From Octopus bimaculoides (Eukaryota), in assembly GCF_001194135.2 (NCBI RefSeq), contig NC_068997.1, positions 45,510,922 to 45,556,257 of the forward strand: a stretch of DNA of 45,336 nt, written 5' to 3'. The notes beneath the pieces were generated by a model that was not told the origin of the DNA, did not search any database, and worked only from the letters and a program-made list of their open reading frames with translations. The position numbers and the translations under genes were made by a program. Each line of letters starts with the position of its first letter. Positions within the stretch are counted from its first letter, which is position 1. Positions 12,159 to 25,037 of this stretch are shown piece by piece.

Positions 12159-12534
12159 CTGGTTCATTTGAGGGAGGGGAAGTCTAGTTTAGTCAAATCT
12201 TTTGTTTATTTTTTCCATTTTTAATTCTTAAATTAACGTTTTCACTTCATTACACACATACTAAAAAAAGAAAAAATATTTCTAGTGTGTTTACATTTGT
12301 TTCAAAAATTACTATGTCAGGAGGTGTGAATTGAATTGAACGATGACATTTGTAGTAGTAGTAGTAGTAGTATTAGTAGCAGTAGCAGCAGCAGCAGTGG
12401 TGGTAGCTGATGAGGATAAGTGGACAAATTTGTTGGACTATCTTATTTTGCCATACCATTCCAAATATGTACAAACATACAAACACACACACATATAATG
12501 TGTATCTGCATATATATATATATATATACATATA

Positions 12535-12585
<51 letters not shown>

Positions 12586-14802
12586 GCTATTCAACCATTC
12601 CTTATTTTCCAGCATTTATTCCATTCATATACTTTTCTAATATACAGAGATCCTTCTTGTAAAATCCAAACACAAACATACATTGCAGTGCTCCTGCATG
12701 GCCGCAGTCTGTGTATGTGTGTGCATTTAATACACACACACATGGATGTATACTGTCAAGTCTGTAGCAGGATGAGAAGGAAGATGAAGAGAAATTATTG
12801 CACAGATATTGACCATTTTATGAAAATTCCCCAGGCACACACCTGTCTGCCATACACTAATTAGTTTGTAGGTGTGATGGGTAGCACTGTACAAGTTCAG
12901 TCCAAGATTGCAGTTTCTAACAGCCCTGTCTTCCTTTATCTTAAAAATAAATTATTTAGATCCTACTATTCACAAAATTTATGAACTATCGTTAATTTTT
13001 TTTAAAAATGTAATTTTAATGTTTTTTTTTTAGTTTTTTTTTTTAGTGGGTTTAAAATTTTTTATATTCATATATCTCTATGCTCTATTAGTAATTGAGA
13101 TGGTGAAGTTTATGTCACTTTAAATGGCCCCTTTTAGAAATATATATATGTGTGTATGTATGTAGCTACATCTATGTGTATGTATACAAGAAATAAAAAA
13201 AAAATGAAAATAAAAAATAAAACCCAATGTGCTTTCATTTAGAAGTCAGCCCTAAATTTTTGTTAGGGTCTGGCTTGCTCTGGACACTTCATATTTCAAG
13301 CTCCTTTCTTTTACTTGTTAACAAGTGGTTTAGATGGCAAGGTTTTCTCATAAAACACACTGCTGTACCTTTTTCAACATATAGACTAGCCATTTTATGT
13401 ATTCGAACCATAAAGAATTGCTTGGAAGCACACAGCATGACATATAAATCTGTTGGTCTATCATGCCTCCACAGCAAGAAACTAATAATAGCTCATATTT
13501 AAGTACTGTGTATATTAAAAACTATTTACCTCTACTTGATTGGGTACTTTTTTTGTTGATCCTACCAATAGCTGAACAGTAAACTATATATATTATATAT
13601 GCATATATAAATATCTTCTCTTTTCTTTTCATCACTTCTAACCTACCTACGTTTTTTTTTTTCTGGTTCAGACACCCCAGTTTTTTTTTTCTTTAATAGT
13701 TTGATAGTCACCACAAAAATATATTGTTGGTTATGCATATTTTATTTATATTTTGTAACTCACTCTGCCCTATTTTTCTTCATGTTTCGCTCCTAACCCC
13801 CATTTAAATTAGAGAATGAATAAAAACTCCATAAAACTACAAAACTCTACTCAGAGCCTTGTCTCTCTTCCTATCCATCAGTCACTATTTCAATTCACCA
13901 TTTTCTCAATCCTTCTGCCCCTGCACCTATAACCCTCTGAAATTTACAATTTAAATTCCTTAAATGTCCCAACATCAATTCCATCTATTTTGCCCAAATG
14001 TTACTAACCTTAATCCAGGAGGAAAGCACCAAAGGTTTCCAAAGACCATTCATGGTATCTTCATTCCTTTACCGTTATTTTCGGTTTCTCTTTCTCTCTC
14101 AACTTCTACATCCTCTGTCTTTTGGATTTAAAATGCCCATTCTTTAGATTCCCCAGCCACTCTCACTTCCAATTTCCAATTCAAAACGAAAATATGATAG
14201 ATAAAATGAAAAGAATGTTTTCTGTTGTTTTTTTTTTTTTTGTTTTTTTCTCTGACCATTTCTTTGATATTGTTTAAGAAATCCGGTCAAAATGAGGGTT
14301 TAAGATTTAAAAAAAAATGTCTCAACTGAATCTGACTTCCTTGCTCTTTGCCCCACTGTAAAACACATTGCTAAACCATTTAGATCCTTATAATAATAAT
14401 AATAGTAATAATTACAATGATAATGAGGACAATTAATGTTGAATTATAATTATGTTGTTCTCATCTGGAAACTAAAGAATTTACAGTTAAAGTTCTTTCA
14501 ACTTTGGTCAGATATGAGTCTGTTTACCTGTTGATGTATGTTTGTGTGTATGTACACATATTGATGGGTTTCTGTGTCTTCAAGAGAAACTATTATCAGA
14601 ACGTCATACCAGAATTTTATTGCAAGCTATTTACATAGTAACCCAGTCACACAAACATTGCCCACAATTGTCCCTGTTTGTGTACTCAATAAGGGAGCGA
14701 ACATCAATGCTGTCAATCATTATACTGGAAACATTAACCAAATTTCCTTTAAATCACACTCCAGTTTCTTAATTAAACAAGGAAAACACACGAGATAACG
14801 TG

Positions 14803-14843
<41 letters not shown>

Positions 14844-15124
14844 GGGCTGTTATTTCTAACTGGAACAAAACTCTATCATTAGAATTTAGATAGCCTCATC
14901 AGTCAGGCCAGTTTTTGGATAAGTCTTGTATATTTTCACCATTCTACTTACTGCTTGAAATAAGAAAATATAAGATGATTGGTGTCTAATATATACATAC
15001 ATGCACACACACATCATCATNNNNNNNNNNNNNNNNNNNNNNNNNNNNNNNNNNNNNNNNNNNNNNNNNNATATATATATATATATACCCAATCATACAT
15101 AGATATATACATATATTGAATCAT

Positions 15125-15250
15125 TCTTATGTCCTTTTATCCATGCTGCCATGTGTTACATGAATATATTGTTTAAGGCATTGTTTTACAGCTGGGTGCT
15201 TTTCCTGTCACTAATCTTTACCTGATTTTCAAGTAAGCAATTTCTTATGC
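15125..15250 (+). mobile_element. Decayed interspersed repeat with an RTE-associated ggatgcccttcctgtc-type motif
   Basis: ttacagctgggtgcttttcctgtcactaatctttacctg resembles a recalled consensus ctacggctggatgcccttcctgtcgccaacc, with CpG sites decayed. Confidence 0.5.
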
Positions 15251-16300
15251 TATGCATTTTCAAATGTGCAAAACCTGTAGACAATTTGTTTACACAGTGG
15301 AAATGACAACAATGTCACTGTTTCTCGCTCATGCAGATTTTCAGTGGTAACTGTGTGCAACTGTACTTAAAAGTCTGGTGTGATACCTTTCTGAGAGGGT
15401 TGAATGTTTAAATAGGCAGGTGTCTGTTCAATTTTTTATTCTTTCTTTTTAATGGTAAGTCTAAAATATCACATACAGCAGTATATCTGTCATTATTATG
15501 ATTATTATTATTATTATTATTATTATTGCAATTATTATTATTATTATATATATATATAATATATCTATTTTATATGTGTATATATATATATATGATATTA
15601 ATAATATTATGGGTTTAATATTACCTGCATAAGGTGGGATTTTTTCTCCTACTTTGTCTTAAACATGTCTATATATATATAATATACTCATCTATATATA
15701 TATGTCATTAATATATCATTGTATTAACGGTAGTATTGTTATTGTTTACTTTTTTTTTTATTATGCTAATAATGCTCTCTTGCAGTTTCTTAATAAATAA
15801 GGGAACTGCAACGATGGGGGTGGGGGTGACTGGGGGTCCTTTTTTTCCCTTTAAATTCATTTTCATTGCCTTTTTTTAGCATCTAGCATGCTTATATGAA
15901 AAGATAGCTTTTTATATATTTTTTTAAAGTCTAATTAATTGGCTGTGTGAGAGGTTAGTCTTTCCTTTATAAGGTCATGTGTTATGATCACATGACCAAA
16001 AGCTAACCTCCCCCCTCTCTCTCTCTCTCTCTCTCTCACTCTCTCGCATGCATGTATGTCTTGCTTATGTCTTTTGTATTTATATATATGTGTGTGTCTG
16101 TTTCCTTCAGTGAGGTTCTTTTCCCTAATTCTTCTTTGAGAGAACTTCCAATCCTTCCCTCCCCCAACAAATACCACTAAAAAAAAATTTTTTTTTTTAA
16201 ATTCCTAAAACTTTCCATTCCCTCTTAAAATATTTCTTTATACACCCATCCGTCTCCTTACCAACTTTATCATCATCATCATCATCATCAGTATTATTCA

Positions 16301-16505
16301 CTAGGGCGGCGAGCTGGCAGACAAAAATTCTTATTACCATTTCTTCCAGCTTTATGTTTCGGGTTCAAATTCCACTGAGGTCAACTTTGCCTTTCATCTT
16401 TTTGGGGTTTAGTACATTAAGGACCAGCTCAGTACTAGGGTCGAAGTGACCGACTTGCTCCCCCCCACAATTCCAGGCCTTGTGCCTATAATAGAAAGGT
16501 TTATT
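16301..16505 (+). mobile_element. SINE family A with internal deletion
   Basis: ggcggcgagctggcag, gggttcaaattcc, gaggtcaactttgcctttcatc, ggccttgtgcctataatagaaagg. Confidence 0.9.
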
Positions 16506-17466
16506 ATTAATAGTATTGTTATTACTACTATTATCGTTATTTTTCTTATAGTTGTTAATGGTTCTCCTTAATTATTCCAGAAAAAATATAGAATTGATGA
16601 TTCTTGTCTCAGTGTCCAACCACATGTATGTATGTGTGTTTGTGCATAATCATATTCATATATGTATAAATATATATATATATGTATGTGTGTATGCGTA
16701 TATATATATATATATATATATATNNNNNNNNNNNNNNNNNNNNNNNNNNNNNNNNNNNNNNNNNNNNNNNNNNNNNNNNNNNNNNNNNNNNNNNNNNNNN
16801 NNNNNNNNNNNNNNNNNNNNNNNNNNNNNNNNNNNNNNNNNNNNNNNNNNNNNNNNNNNNNNNNNNNNNNNNNNNNNNNNNNNNNNNNNNNNNNNNNNNN
16901 NNNNNNNNNNNNNNNNNNNNNNNNNNNNNNNNNNNNNNNNNNNNNNNNNNNNNNNNNNNNNNNNNNNNNNNNNNNNNNNNNNNNNNNNNNNNNNNNNNNN
17001 NNNNNNNNNNNNNNNNNNNNNNNNNNNNNNNNNNNNNNNNNNNNNNNNNNNNNNNNNNNNNNNNNNNNNNNNNNNNNNNNNNNNNNNNNNNNNNNNNNNN
17101 NNNNNNNNNNNNNNNNNNNNNNNNNNNNNNNNNNNNNNNNNNNNNNNNNNNNNNNNNNNNNNNNNNNNNNNNNNNNNNNNNNNNNNNNNNNNNNNNNNNN
17201 NNNNNNNNNNNNNNNNNNNNNNNNNNNNNNNNNNNNNNNNNNNNNNNNNNNNNNNNNNNNNNNNNNNNNNNNNNNNNNNNNNNNNNNNNNNNNNNNNNNN
17301 NNNNNNNNNNNNNNNNNNNNNNNNNNNNNNNNNNNNNNNNNNNNNNNNNNNNNNNNNNNNNNNNNNNNNNNNNNNNNNNNNNNNNNNNNNNNNNNNNNNN
17401 NNNNNNNNNNNNNNNNNNNNNNNNNNNNNNNNNNNNNNNNNNNNNNNNNNNNNNNNNNNNNNNNNN

Positions 17467-17525
<59 letters not shown>

Positions 17526-17744
17526 GTATGTGTGATGTCCTTTGATGTATGTGTGTGTATAATACTGTGCTTACTTATAAACTCAACTAAAATGCATGTG
17601 TTTGTACATATGTAAATTTTGTGTGTATGTGTATGTATGTGTGCATTAGTAAAATGAATGTTTCAATGCATTGTATGTATATAATTTCAATTAGGATATT
17701 ATTTGTCATTGAACAAAAAGTAAAAACATACATACATACAGATG

Positions 17745-17775
<31 letters not shown>

Positions 17776-18436
17776 GTATGTATATATATGTGTCTCCTTT
17801 TTTACAATATTAATGAGAGAATTAAAATAAAGCTAATCCTCTGAAACTGGCCTGTAAATTCTAAACTTTTCAATAAAAGAAAATAATTATAAATAATAAT
17901 AATAATACGTTGGGGAGGCGGGCATTCATATCTTTTGTGTATACGTGTACGTGTATGCATGTGCGTTTGTGTGTGTGTTTGTGCGTATGCTAATGGTGAA
18001 TGTATGGATATTTTATCCGTATTACTAATTACTTTAAAACCTTGCTTGTAAAACAAAAGAAAAAAATAGAAAAGAACCAAAATAAATTTAAACCCCCCAA
18101 AAAAATCAAGTAAATGACAAAACAGAAATTTGTATATATATGCATATATGTATATATATGTATGTATGTATATATATGTATATATGTGCATGTATGTATA
18201 AGCATGTATGTATATGATTCATTCTTGTAAAATAACAATTTCCTGGAGAGATAAAACAAATGAAAAGAAAAGTAAAGATAATACAAACAACAAACAATAA
18301 AAAAAAAAGCGTTTTTAACAAAAAATATTCCAATATAGATTTACTGTATTATAATGTGTAAAATGTTTCATTGGTATATATGGAAATGGTTATATATTAT
18401 TTTGTTTTATTTTTATTTTATTTTTGTTCATATATG

Positions 18437-18470
<34 letters not shown>

Positions 18471-18643
18471 NNNNNNNNNNNNNNNNNNNNNNNNNNNNNN
18501 NNNNNNNNNNNNNNNNNNNNNNNNNATACATATATATATATATTGTAATATACTCAGTTTTTTTAAAAATATATATGCAGTGAGTGTGTGGCCATGAAGT
18601 GCATATGTCAGAAAGTCACCATTTTCCCTTTGGTGCCTACAAA

Positions 18644-18686
<43 letters not shown>

Positions 18687-18755
18687 GCTTGTCCACAAGC
18701 TATACTTTCACACATGCATACACACACATATCCATAACCCAATTTTGTAAATTTT

Positions 18756-18791
<36 letters not shown>

Positions 18792-19254
18792 AGTGTTTGC
18801 CTGGTTTTGTGCATTCTAAGGTCAACAAAACTGTTCCATTGCAGTGTGACCTTTGTCTGCCAAGGATGAGTGCATTTCTAGTCACACATAATGTTTATTA
18901 TTATTATTATTATCATTATTATTATTATTATTATTATTTTGAATATTAATACAACAAACTACATTTTGTTTGTCTTGTTGTATTTCCAATTACTATCATT
19001 ATTTTTTTATTACTATTAATTCTTTGTTTTTCTCTTCCTTCTTTCCATGTTATTATTATTACCATTATTATTATTATTATTATTATCATTACATAATAAA
19101 GATTCTTTCTACACTATAATACCTTGTTTTTTTCTTTCAATTTCTTTTATCCTTTTCCCTTTGCGCAATATTCATTAAAATGTACCTGTATGTATGTGCT
19201 TGTGGAGATGTGTGCCTGTATGATTGCGTGTGTGTGTTGTGTCTTTTATTTGTT

Positions 19255-20210
19255 TCAGTGAAGTCCACCATGACATCTCAAATTTTTGTAGAGAATTGAG
19301 AGTAACAGAAGTTTTCAACAAAGAAAACACTGATCAATCTATTGTAAAAAACACAAGCAATTTCCACTCAACAAAAGGTAGAAAGAAAACACTCGATGAA
19401 TTTTGAGAGTTTATATCTATCTTCCCTAACAATGAACTTCCACTTCCAAACTGATGTCCAAAATTAGTCAAACAATGGAAAACTATGTATATGGCTTAAA
19501 AGGCAATAATAGTTATAAAAGAGGCTGATTAGAGAAGTACTGTAGTTATTATGAATATGGAACAATACGAAAATATGCATTAATTCTAATTCATGACACC
19601 ACCCACAAAAACAATGTCTAAACTTAGAATTTTCATAAACCAATTGGAAAATGCTTAACTAATGAAGAAATTGATTATCTGACAAATTTTATAGCCAAAA
19701 CCAGTTTCTTCTATGCACTTCCCCAAAAAGCTACAAAAATAAAACAATGAATGATGCCTGCAAAGAATGATAGTCTGAAGGATATCAAATTAAGACCGAT
19801 TGCAGCAGACCCAGCCTACATAACTCACAGAACAGACTTTGCAACTTCCTTAACATATTCTTAAAATGTATACCTAGTTTTATTAGAGATGACCTAGACC
19901 TATGAAGCTGTCTTTTGCAAAAAGTTAACAGGGATACTATAATCCCTTCATTTGATCTAATAAAATTTTATACTACCATCTCACACAAAAATTTCCCAAT
20001 GAATAACATTTTGGCTAAGAAAATTTCCTGTTGAAATTCTAGAATCAATTGGTCAACAATTCATCCTTATCCCTAAAAGCAACTTCAATTTTGAGAAAAC
20101 TTACCAACAAATATCTGGAACTGCAGTGTGTATAAAAGTTGCCCCAACATACACCAAGTTAGTCATGGCATATCTAGAAGTCCACATATATGAGCAAGCG
20201 TTAACTACTA
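19255..20210 (+). mobile_element. Decayed Penelope-like element: N-terminal region and reverse transcriptase fragment
   Basis: Frameshifted translation: FCRELRVTEVF...DQSIVKNTSNF, IVIKEAD*RSTVVIMN, FFYALP, IKLRPIAADP, IPSFIRDDLD, SFDLIKFYTTI (motif A), YQQISGTAVCIKVAPTYTKLVMAYLE (motif B). Truncated before the catalytic YxDD motif. Confidence 0.92.
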
Positions 20211-20479
20211 AGATTTTAATGTGTATAATATTAAACGTTACAAGCTTCAATTTGAGACAGATAAAAGAAACAAGTCGCTCGACAACCGTATGGTGGGTGG
20301 TTTAAGTCTGGTGAATGACTCTTTATTTTCTCCGTCTAAAATTGAGGCCTTTAATGTCTAATACCAAGAAAGAAAAACGATGACACTTCAGTCAAGAGAT
20401 AATAGCGATCTGAAAAATCAATAGAAACGTAGAAAGATCAGATCAACCGCCATCACCATCGCTGCCGCTACCGCCATAA

Positions 20480-20640
20480 GTTCCTGACTTTGACCCATTC
20501 AAGTAGTCATTTTCAATTCATGACGAGTAATTATTTTTATCAGCCCTGGTATGAAGAAAAGGAAAATTGACTCAGGCAAGATTTGAACTGAGTGCGTATA
20601 GGGACATCAAGTAAAAGTACGTTTAGTACGACGTTCTACT
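20480..20640 (-). mobile_element. Decayed SINE family A
   Basis: ttattttttatc, aaaattgactcaggcaagatttgaact (reverse complement of core and B box). Confidence 0.6.
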
Positions 20641-20704
20641 GTTTCTGGCATTCAATTTCTACATATTTAGTACGACGTTCTACTGTTTCTGGCATTCAAT
20701 TTCT
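20622..20704. repeat. Perfect 39-bp direct duplication (period 44)
   Basis: tttagtacgacgttctactgtttctggcattcaatttct at 20622-20660 and 20666-20704. Confidence 0.95.
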
Positions 20705-20811
20705 GTACATTAAAAAAAATTTCTATTTTTATTTATTTTAGTCTATTAGACAGCGCCCACGGTGGTGTAACACCGTGAATGGATCTTAGCCAAATAAACC
20801 GACCCTATTGC

Positions 20812-21185
20812 CTTTCTTTTTTTGAAATCTGGTACTTATTTCTCTCTGTCTTTTGGCGAAACGCTAAGGCAAGGAACGTAAAAAACACAATGCTGGTTGA
20901 ACACACACACACACATATTATTGATGTCATAAAAATATTTCCAGGAAATGTGAAATAATTCTTTTTTGGAATAGTGGATTTCGAAGTACTGATATTACTA
21001 TTATCTATAGCTTTATGTGTGTATTTCGAGAGGCTTCTTTCAGTTTCCATCTTACAAATCCATTAACCAGGCTTCGGTTGGCCCGGGGCTGTAGTAGAAT
21101 ACACTAGGCCAAGGTGCCACGCAGTGGAACTGAACCTGAAGTCATATATATATAGTCCGGAAGCAAACTTGTTACCGAGTAGCCA
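20812..21185 (-). mobile_element. Decayed SINE family B (tRNA head, internal microsatellite, 3' module)
   Basis: ctggtacttatt...ggcgaaacgctaag and ccaaggtgccacgcagtggaactgaacc. Confidence 0.75.
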
Positions 21186-21254
21186 AACCTGCCGCAATAC
21201 ACCTTTAACAAAACCACGAATTAGATGAGAAGATGAGGGCGCCATAGTCACTTC

Positions 21255-21345
21255 TATCGATTTGTTGTAGTTGACAGACTCATTTTATCGATATCAGAAA
21301 GATGAAAGACAAGTCAGCCCCGATGGGATTTGAACTCATATATCT
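21255..21345 (-). mobile_element. SINE family A fragment
   Basis: ttttatcgat..gaaagatgaaag..gatttgaactc. Confidence 0.6.
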
Positions 21346-21549
21346 CTAGTAATGAAATAAAATGAATAAATAAATAAATTCTATTGAAATACAAATCTTC
21401 GATGCTATGATTTATGTAATATGATAGGAAAGACCGGGCGATTTTTTTTGTTCATAAACACTCGACAGACATATCTTTCTGTCTCTAGTGACGATCGTCT
21501 GCGTATATTTGTAAGTGTATGTGCATAAACGTGTGTATGTATAAACGTG

Positions 21550-22080
21550 CGGATATATCTATGCGTTCGTGTGCCTGCTAATATCTGTTGAGGTGTAATT
21601 GCGTGTGTATGAGTGTATGAATAACGTATTTATCACTATTGGTGTATGTGTTCATATTAATATATGTGTTTGTGTGCGTGTGTTAAAAGTACGTGTGTGG
21701 ATATATCTGTGTTTGTATGCTTGGTATATCCGTTGAGGTGTAATTATTGTGTATATATGCGAACATATGAACTACACATACCTCTCTGTTGGTGTATTCC
21801 TTCATATTTATGTATGTGTGTGTGTGTGTGTTTCTGTCTGTGTAGGTGTAGAGTATGTGTGTGTATCGGTGTGTTTATGTGCTTGCAGTATCCGTTGAGG
21901 AATATGATGTTTGTGCGAGTATATGGATTATACGAGCCTTTCATCGGATGCATTCGTACGTATGTGCGTGTGTGCATCGGTGTGGTTGTGAACGTGCAAT
22001 ATCTGTAGACGTGTTTTTATGTATATGCACGTACATGGAGGATTATGTCTCTGTATTGGCGTATTGGTAAGTACAGATGT
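21550..22080. repeat. Degenerate TG-rich tandem repeat (about 4 units of ~110-160 bp)
   Basis: Anchor tatc(c/t)gttgagg at about 21580, 21726 and 21888, with a weaker copy near 21998. Confidence 0.65.
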
Positions 22081-22255
22081 CCTTGTATGTGTGCAGACTG
22101 TGTGTGTGTACGTGTGTGTATGTATGTGTGTGTACGTGAGTATACGCGTACGTGTGTGTGAGTATGTGCGCGCGCAGGTGTGTATGTGTGTATGCGTTTG
22201 CATTTATACATTATATATATATATGTCTTCGTCTGTTGTTTTTTCATAAATTCTC

Positions 22256-22257
22256 CC

Positions 22258-22331
<74 letters not shown>

Positions 22332-22380
22332 GTAGGTAGGTAGATAGATAGATAGATAAATAGATAAATAGATAGATAGG

Positions 22381-22425
<45 letters not shown>
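22256..22425. repeat. Compound microsatellite (TA)n(TG)n(TAGG)n(TAGA)n
   Basis: Directly visible. Confidence 0.97.
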
Positions 22426-22729
22426 GTGTTTATGTGTGTGTGTGTGTCTGTCAGTATGTTGTGGGTTTATATATACGCGTGTGTAGGAGTGATTTTTTTG
22501 TTGTCAGTATTTTCAATTATTGGAAAGAATAAAACCAACATTCAATCAAGAGATCATCTAAAAAAAAATAAAGTGGTTCAATTTTCTTATTATTATATGA
22601 AGGTAAAAAAGACAATTGGAAGTGAGCAGATTCCATTTCAACTTAACCAATCAAACGACATTTTCTTATATTAATCTTCAACACAAATGTAAGCCGGATA
22701 GCTTGTCCAATTATATATACATATATATC

Positions 22730-22803
<74 letters not shown>

Positions 22804-22807
22804 GATA

Positions 22808-22978
22808 GGTGCAGGCGTGGCTTTGTGGTAAGAAGGTTGATTCCCAACCACGTGGTCCCGGGTTCAGTCCCACTGCATGACACCTTGCGCAAGCATCTTC
22901 TGTTGTAACTTCGGCCGACCAAAGCCTTGCAAGTGGATTCGGTGGACGGAAACTGAAAGAAGCCCGTTGTACATATAT
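22808..22978 (+). mobile_element. SINE family B 5' half
   Basis: gcaggcgtggctttgtggtaag (A box), gggttcagtccc (B box), ccttgcgcaagcatcttc, ggaaactgaaagaagcccg; runs into a gap. Confidence 0.92.
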
Positions 22979-23649
22979 NNNNNNNNNNNNNNNNNNNNNN
23001 NNNNNNNNNNNNNNNNNNNNNNNNNNNNNNNNNNNNNNNNNNNNNNNNNNNNNNNNNNNNNNNNNNNNNNNNNNNNNNNNNNNNNNNNNNNNNNNNNNNN
23101 NNNNNNNNNNNNNNNNNNNNNNNNNNNNNNNNNNNNNNNNNNNNNNNNNNNNNNNNNNNNNNNNNNNNNNNNNNNNNNNNNNNNNNNNNNNNNNNNNNNN
23201 NNNNNNNNNNNNNNNNNNNNNNNNNNNNNNNNNNNNNNNNNNNNNNNNNNNNNNNNNNNNNNNNNNNNNNNNNNNNNNNNNNNNNNNNNNNNNNNNNNNN
23301 NNNNNNNNNNNNNNNNNNNNNNNNNNNNNNNNNNNNNNNNNNNNNNNNNNNNNNNNNNNNNNNNNNNNNNNNNNNNNNNNNNNNNNNNNNNNNNNNNNNN
23401 NNNNNNNNNNNNNNNNNNNNNNNNNNNNNNNNNNNNNNNNNNNNNNNNNNNNNNNNNNNNNNNNNNNNNNNNNNNNNNNNNNNNNNNNNNNNNNNNNNNN
23501 NNNNNNNNNNNNNNNNNNNNNNNNNNNNNNNNNNNNNNNNNNNNNNNNNNNNNNNNNNNNATATATATATATATAAACATATATAAATATATGCATATAT
23601 ATACATACGTATATGTACTTACCTACATATATATGTATATATACACGCA

Positions 23650-23960
23650 TATATGGGTACAGGACATCAAAAAAACGTTAAACACAATGAGAAACGAAAA
23701 CATAATAACGAAAATATAGAAAACGAAGTTTTTTTCGAACAACGAAAAAATCAAACAGAGAAACGAGACATGCAACATAAAGAGTATACCCCTTCGTCAG
23801 TTGTCCCTGTTTCATCTACTCAGCGTTTCGAAGGTAAGAACAATACGCGACTTCGTTGAAACACGCAAAGGAAATTAAATAAAATTCGGGGATTTTTTGC
23901 GGAGGGTGAAAGTGGTAACAAGAACAGGACAGTGAGAACAAACGGTGTGTGTATGTTACA
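23650..23960 (-). mobile_element. Interspersed 'gggtacagga' repeat, probable Penelope-like terminal region
   Basis: Same opening (gggtacaggac...aaaaaaacg) as 38155. Minus strand carries CTGACGAAG plus a small hairpin and a separate CGAAACG. The Penelope assignment is inference. Confidence 0.5.
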
Positions 23961-24004
23961 TACATACACACACATATACCTACAAACATACATACATAAG
24001 TGTG

Positions 24005-24186
24005 TATGTTTGGTAAGAAGCTTGTTTCCCAACCACATGGTTCCGGGTTCAGTCCCACTGCGTGGCACCTTGGGCAAGTGTCTTCTTCTAAAGCCTCAGG
24101 CCAACCAAAGCCTTGTGAGTGGATTCAGTAGACGTATATATTTATGTGTGTGTCTGTCTGCGTTTGTCCCGCCACCATCGCTTGAC
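24005..24186 (+). mobile_element. SINE family B, truncated at cgcttgac
   Basis: tggtaagaagcttgtttcccaaccacatggttccgggttcagtcccactgcgtggcaccttgggcaagtgtcttc. Confidence 0.92.
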
Positions 24187-25037
24187 TGTTGCCAAAATAA
24201 CGAAGCTAAAGCACGCAGAATAAAGCCACTTAGCACAGATGACCTTGTACTCTTCTGCGCATGCGCACTAAGTTTCAACGTCCTAGCTCACTTCTGCTGT
24301 TTTCAGCAGTGCTTGGAAGGAAGCTGTGTAGCGTGACACATCATAGCAGAGAAAGTTCAGCAGAGAATCTACATCAAATTTTGGCAAAAGCTTGGCGATA
24401 CTTGCTCAGAGGCCTGCGCAAAGTTTTCAAAAAGTTTAAATCCTTCTCAATACAATCAAGGAGATCTTGTGCAACTGAAGCCCGAGTGTCTTTTTGCACA
24501 GGTGAAAGCAGTTTTGGCACAAACTTGGCCGACACGCGTCTAATACCCAAATCTTCAGTGATAATGCACTGAACTGAACCGTAACTAATCTGTACATGCC
24601 CTGATAACTCACGCATGGTGATTTGGCGATTCCCCCCCCCCCCATGCACATCTGCGATGTTTTTCTCAGTTCTGCTGGTTGCGGTCTCTCAAAACATTCG
24701 CAATATCGACATTTTTTGGCCATCTTAGAAGCGTCTGAACCACTCATATACTTGTGTGCCACTCATATGCTCCTCTCCATACACATTCTGTAGCTTTGCG
24801 TAGGCCTCTGAGCAGGTATCGCCATGACAACTTTCTATGTTATGGTCGATGCGACAATCACACGCTACACACCTTCCTTCCAAGCACTGCTGTAAACAGC
24901 TGAAGTGAGCTAGAACGATAAAACTTAGTGCACAGGCACAGCAGAGTTCAAGGTTAATCTATGGTATGCGGCTTTACTCTGCGTGCTTTAGCTTCGTTAC
25001 TATGGTAACAGCTCGGATACTTATTGATCAGTCCTCG
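24186..25037 (-). mobile_element. Non-autonomous fold-back mariner derivative
   Basis: Minus-strand transposase remnant (ITMRELSGHVQISYGSVQCIITEDLGIRRVSAKFVPKLLS...NFLKT). Mariner-like terminus cgaggactgatcaataagtatccg at 25037-25014. Left arm 24186-24423 is an inverted copy of the right arm 24794-25011. Confidence 0.92.

Noticed and set aside
14680-14740. Ankyrin-like KGANINAVN peptide
   Set aside because: No correctly spaced TPLH before or after it and no usable splice sites; likely chance, though a blastx would be cheap to run.
20758-20777. CACGGTG-gtgtaa-CACCGTG hairpin as a Helitron 3' end
   Set aside because: No CTRR terminus at the expected distance and no other Helitron evidence.
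23790-23840. Type II hammerhead on the minus strand (CGAAACG ... CTGACGA)
   Set aside because: Stem I cannot form and the stem II strands pair poorly; kept only as half motifs.
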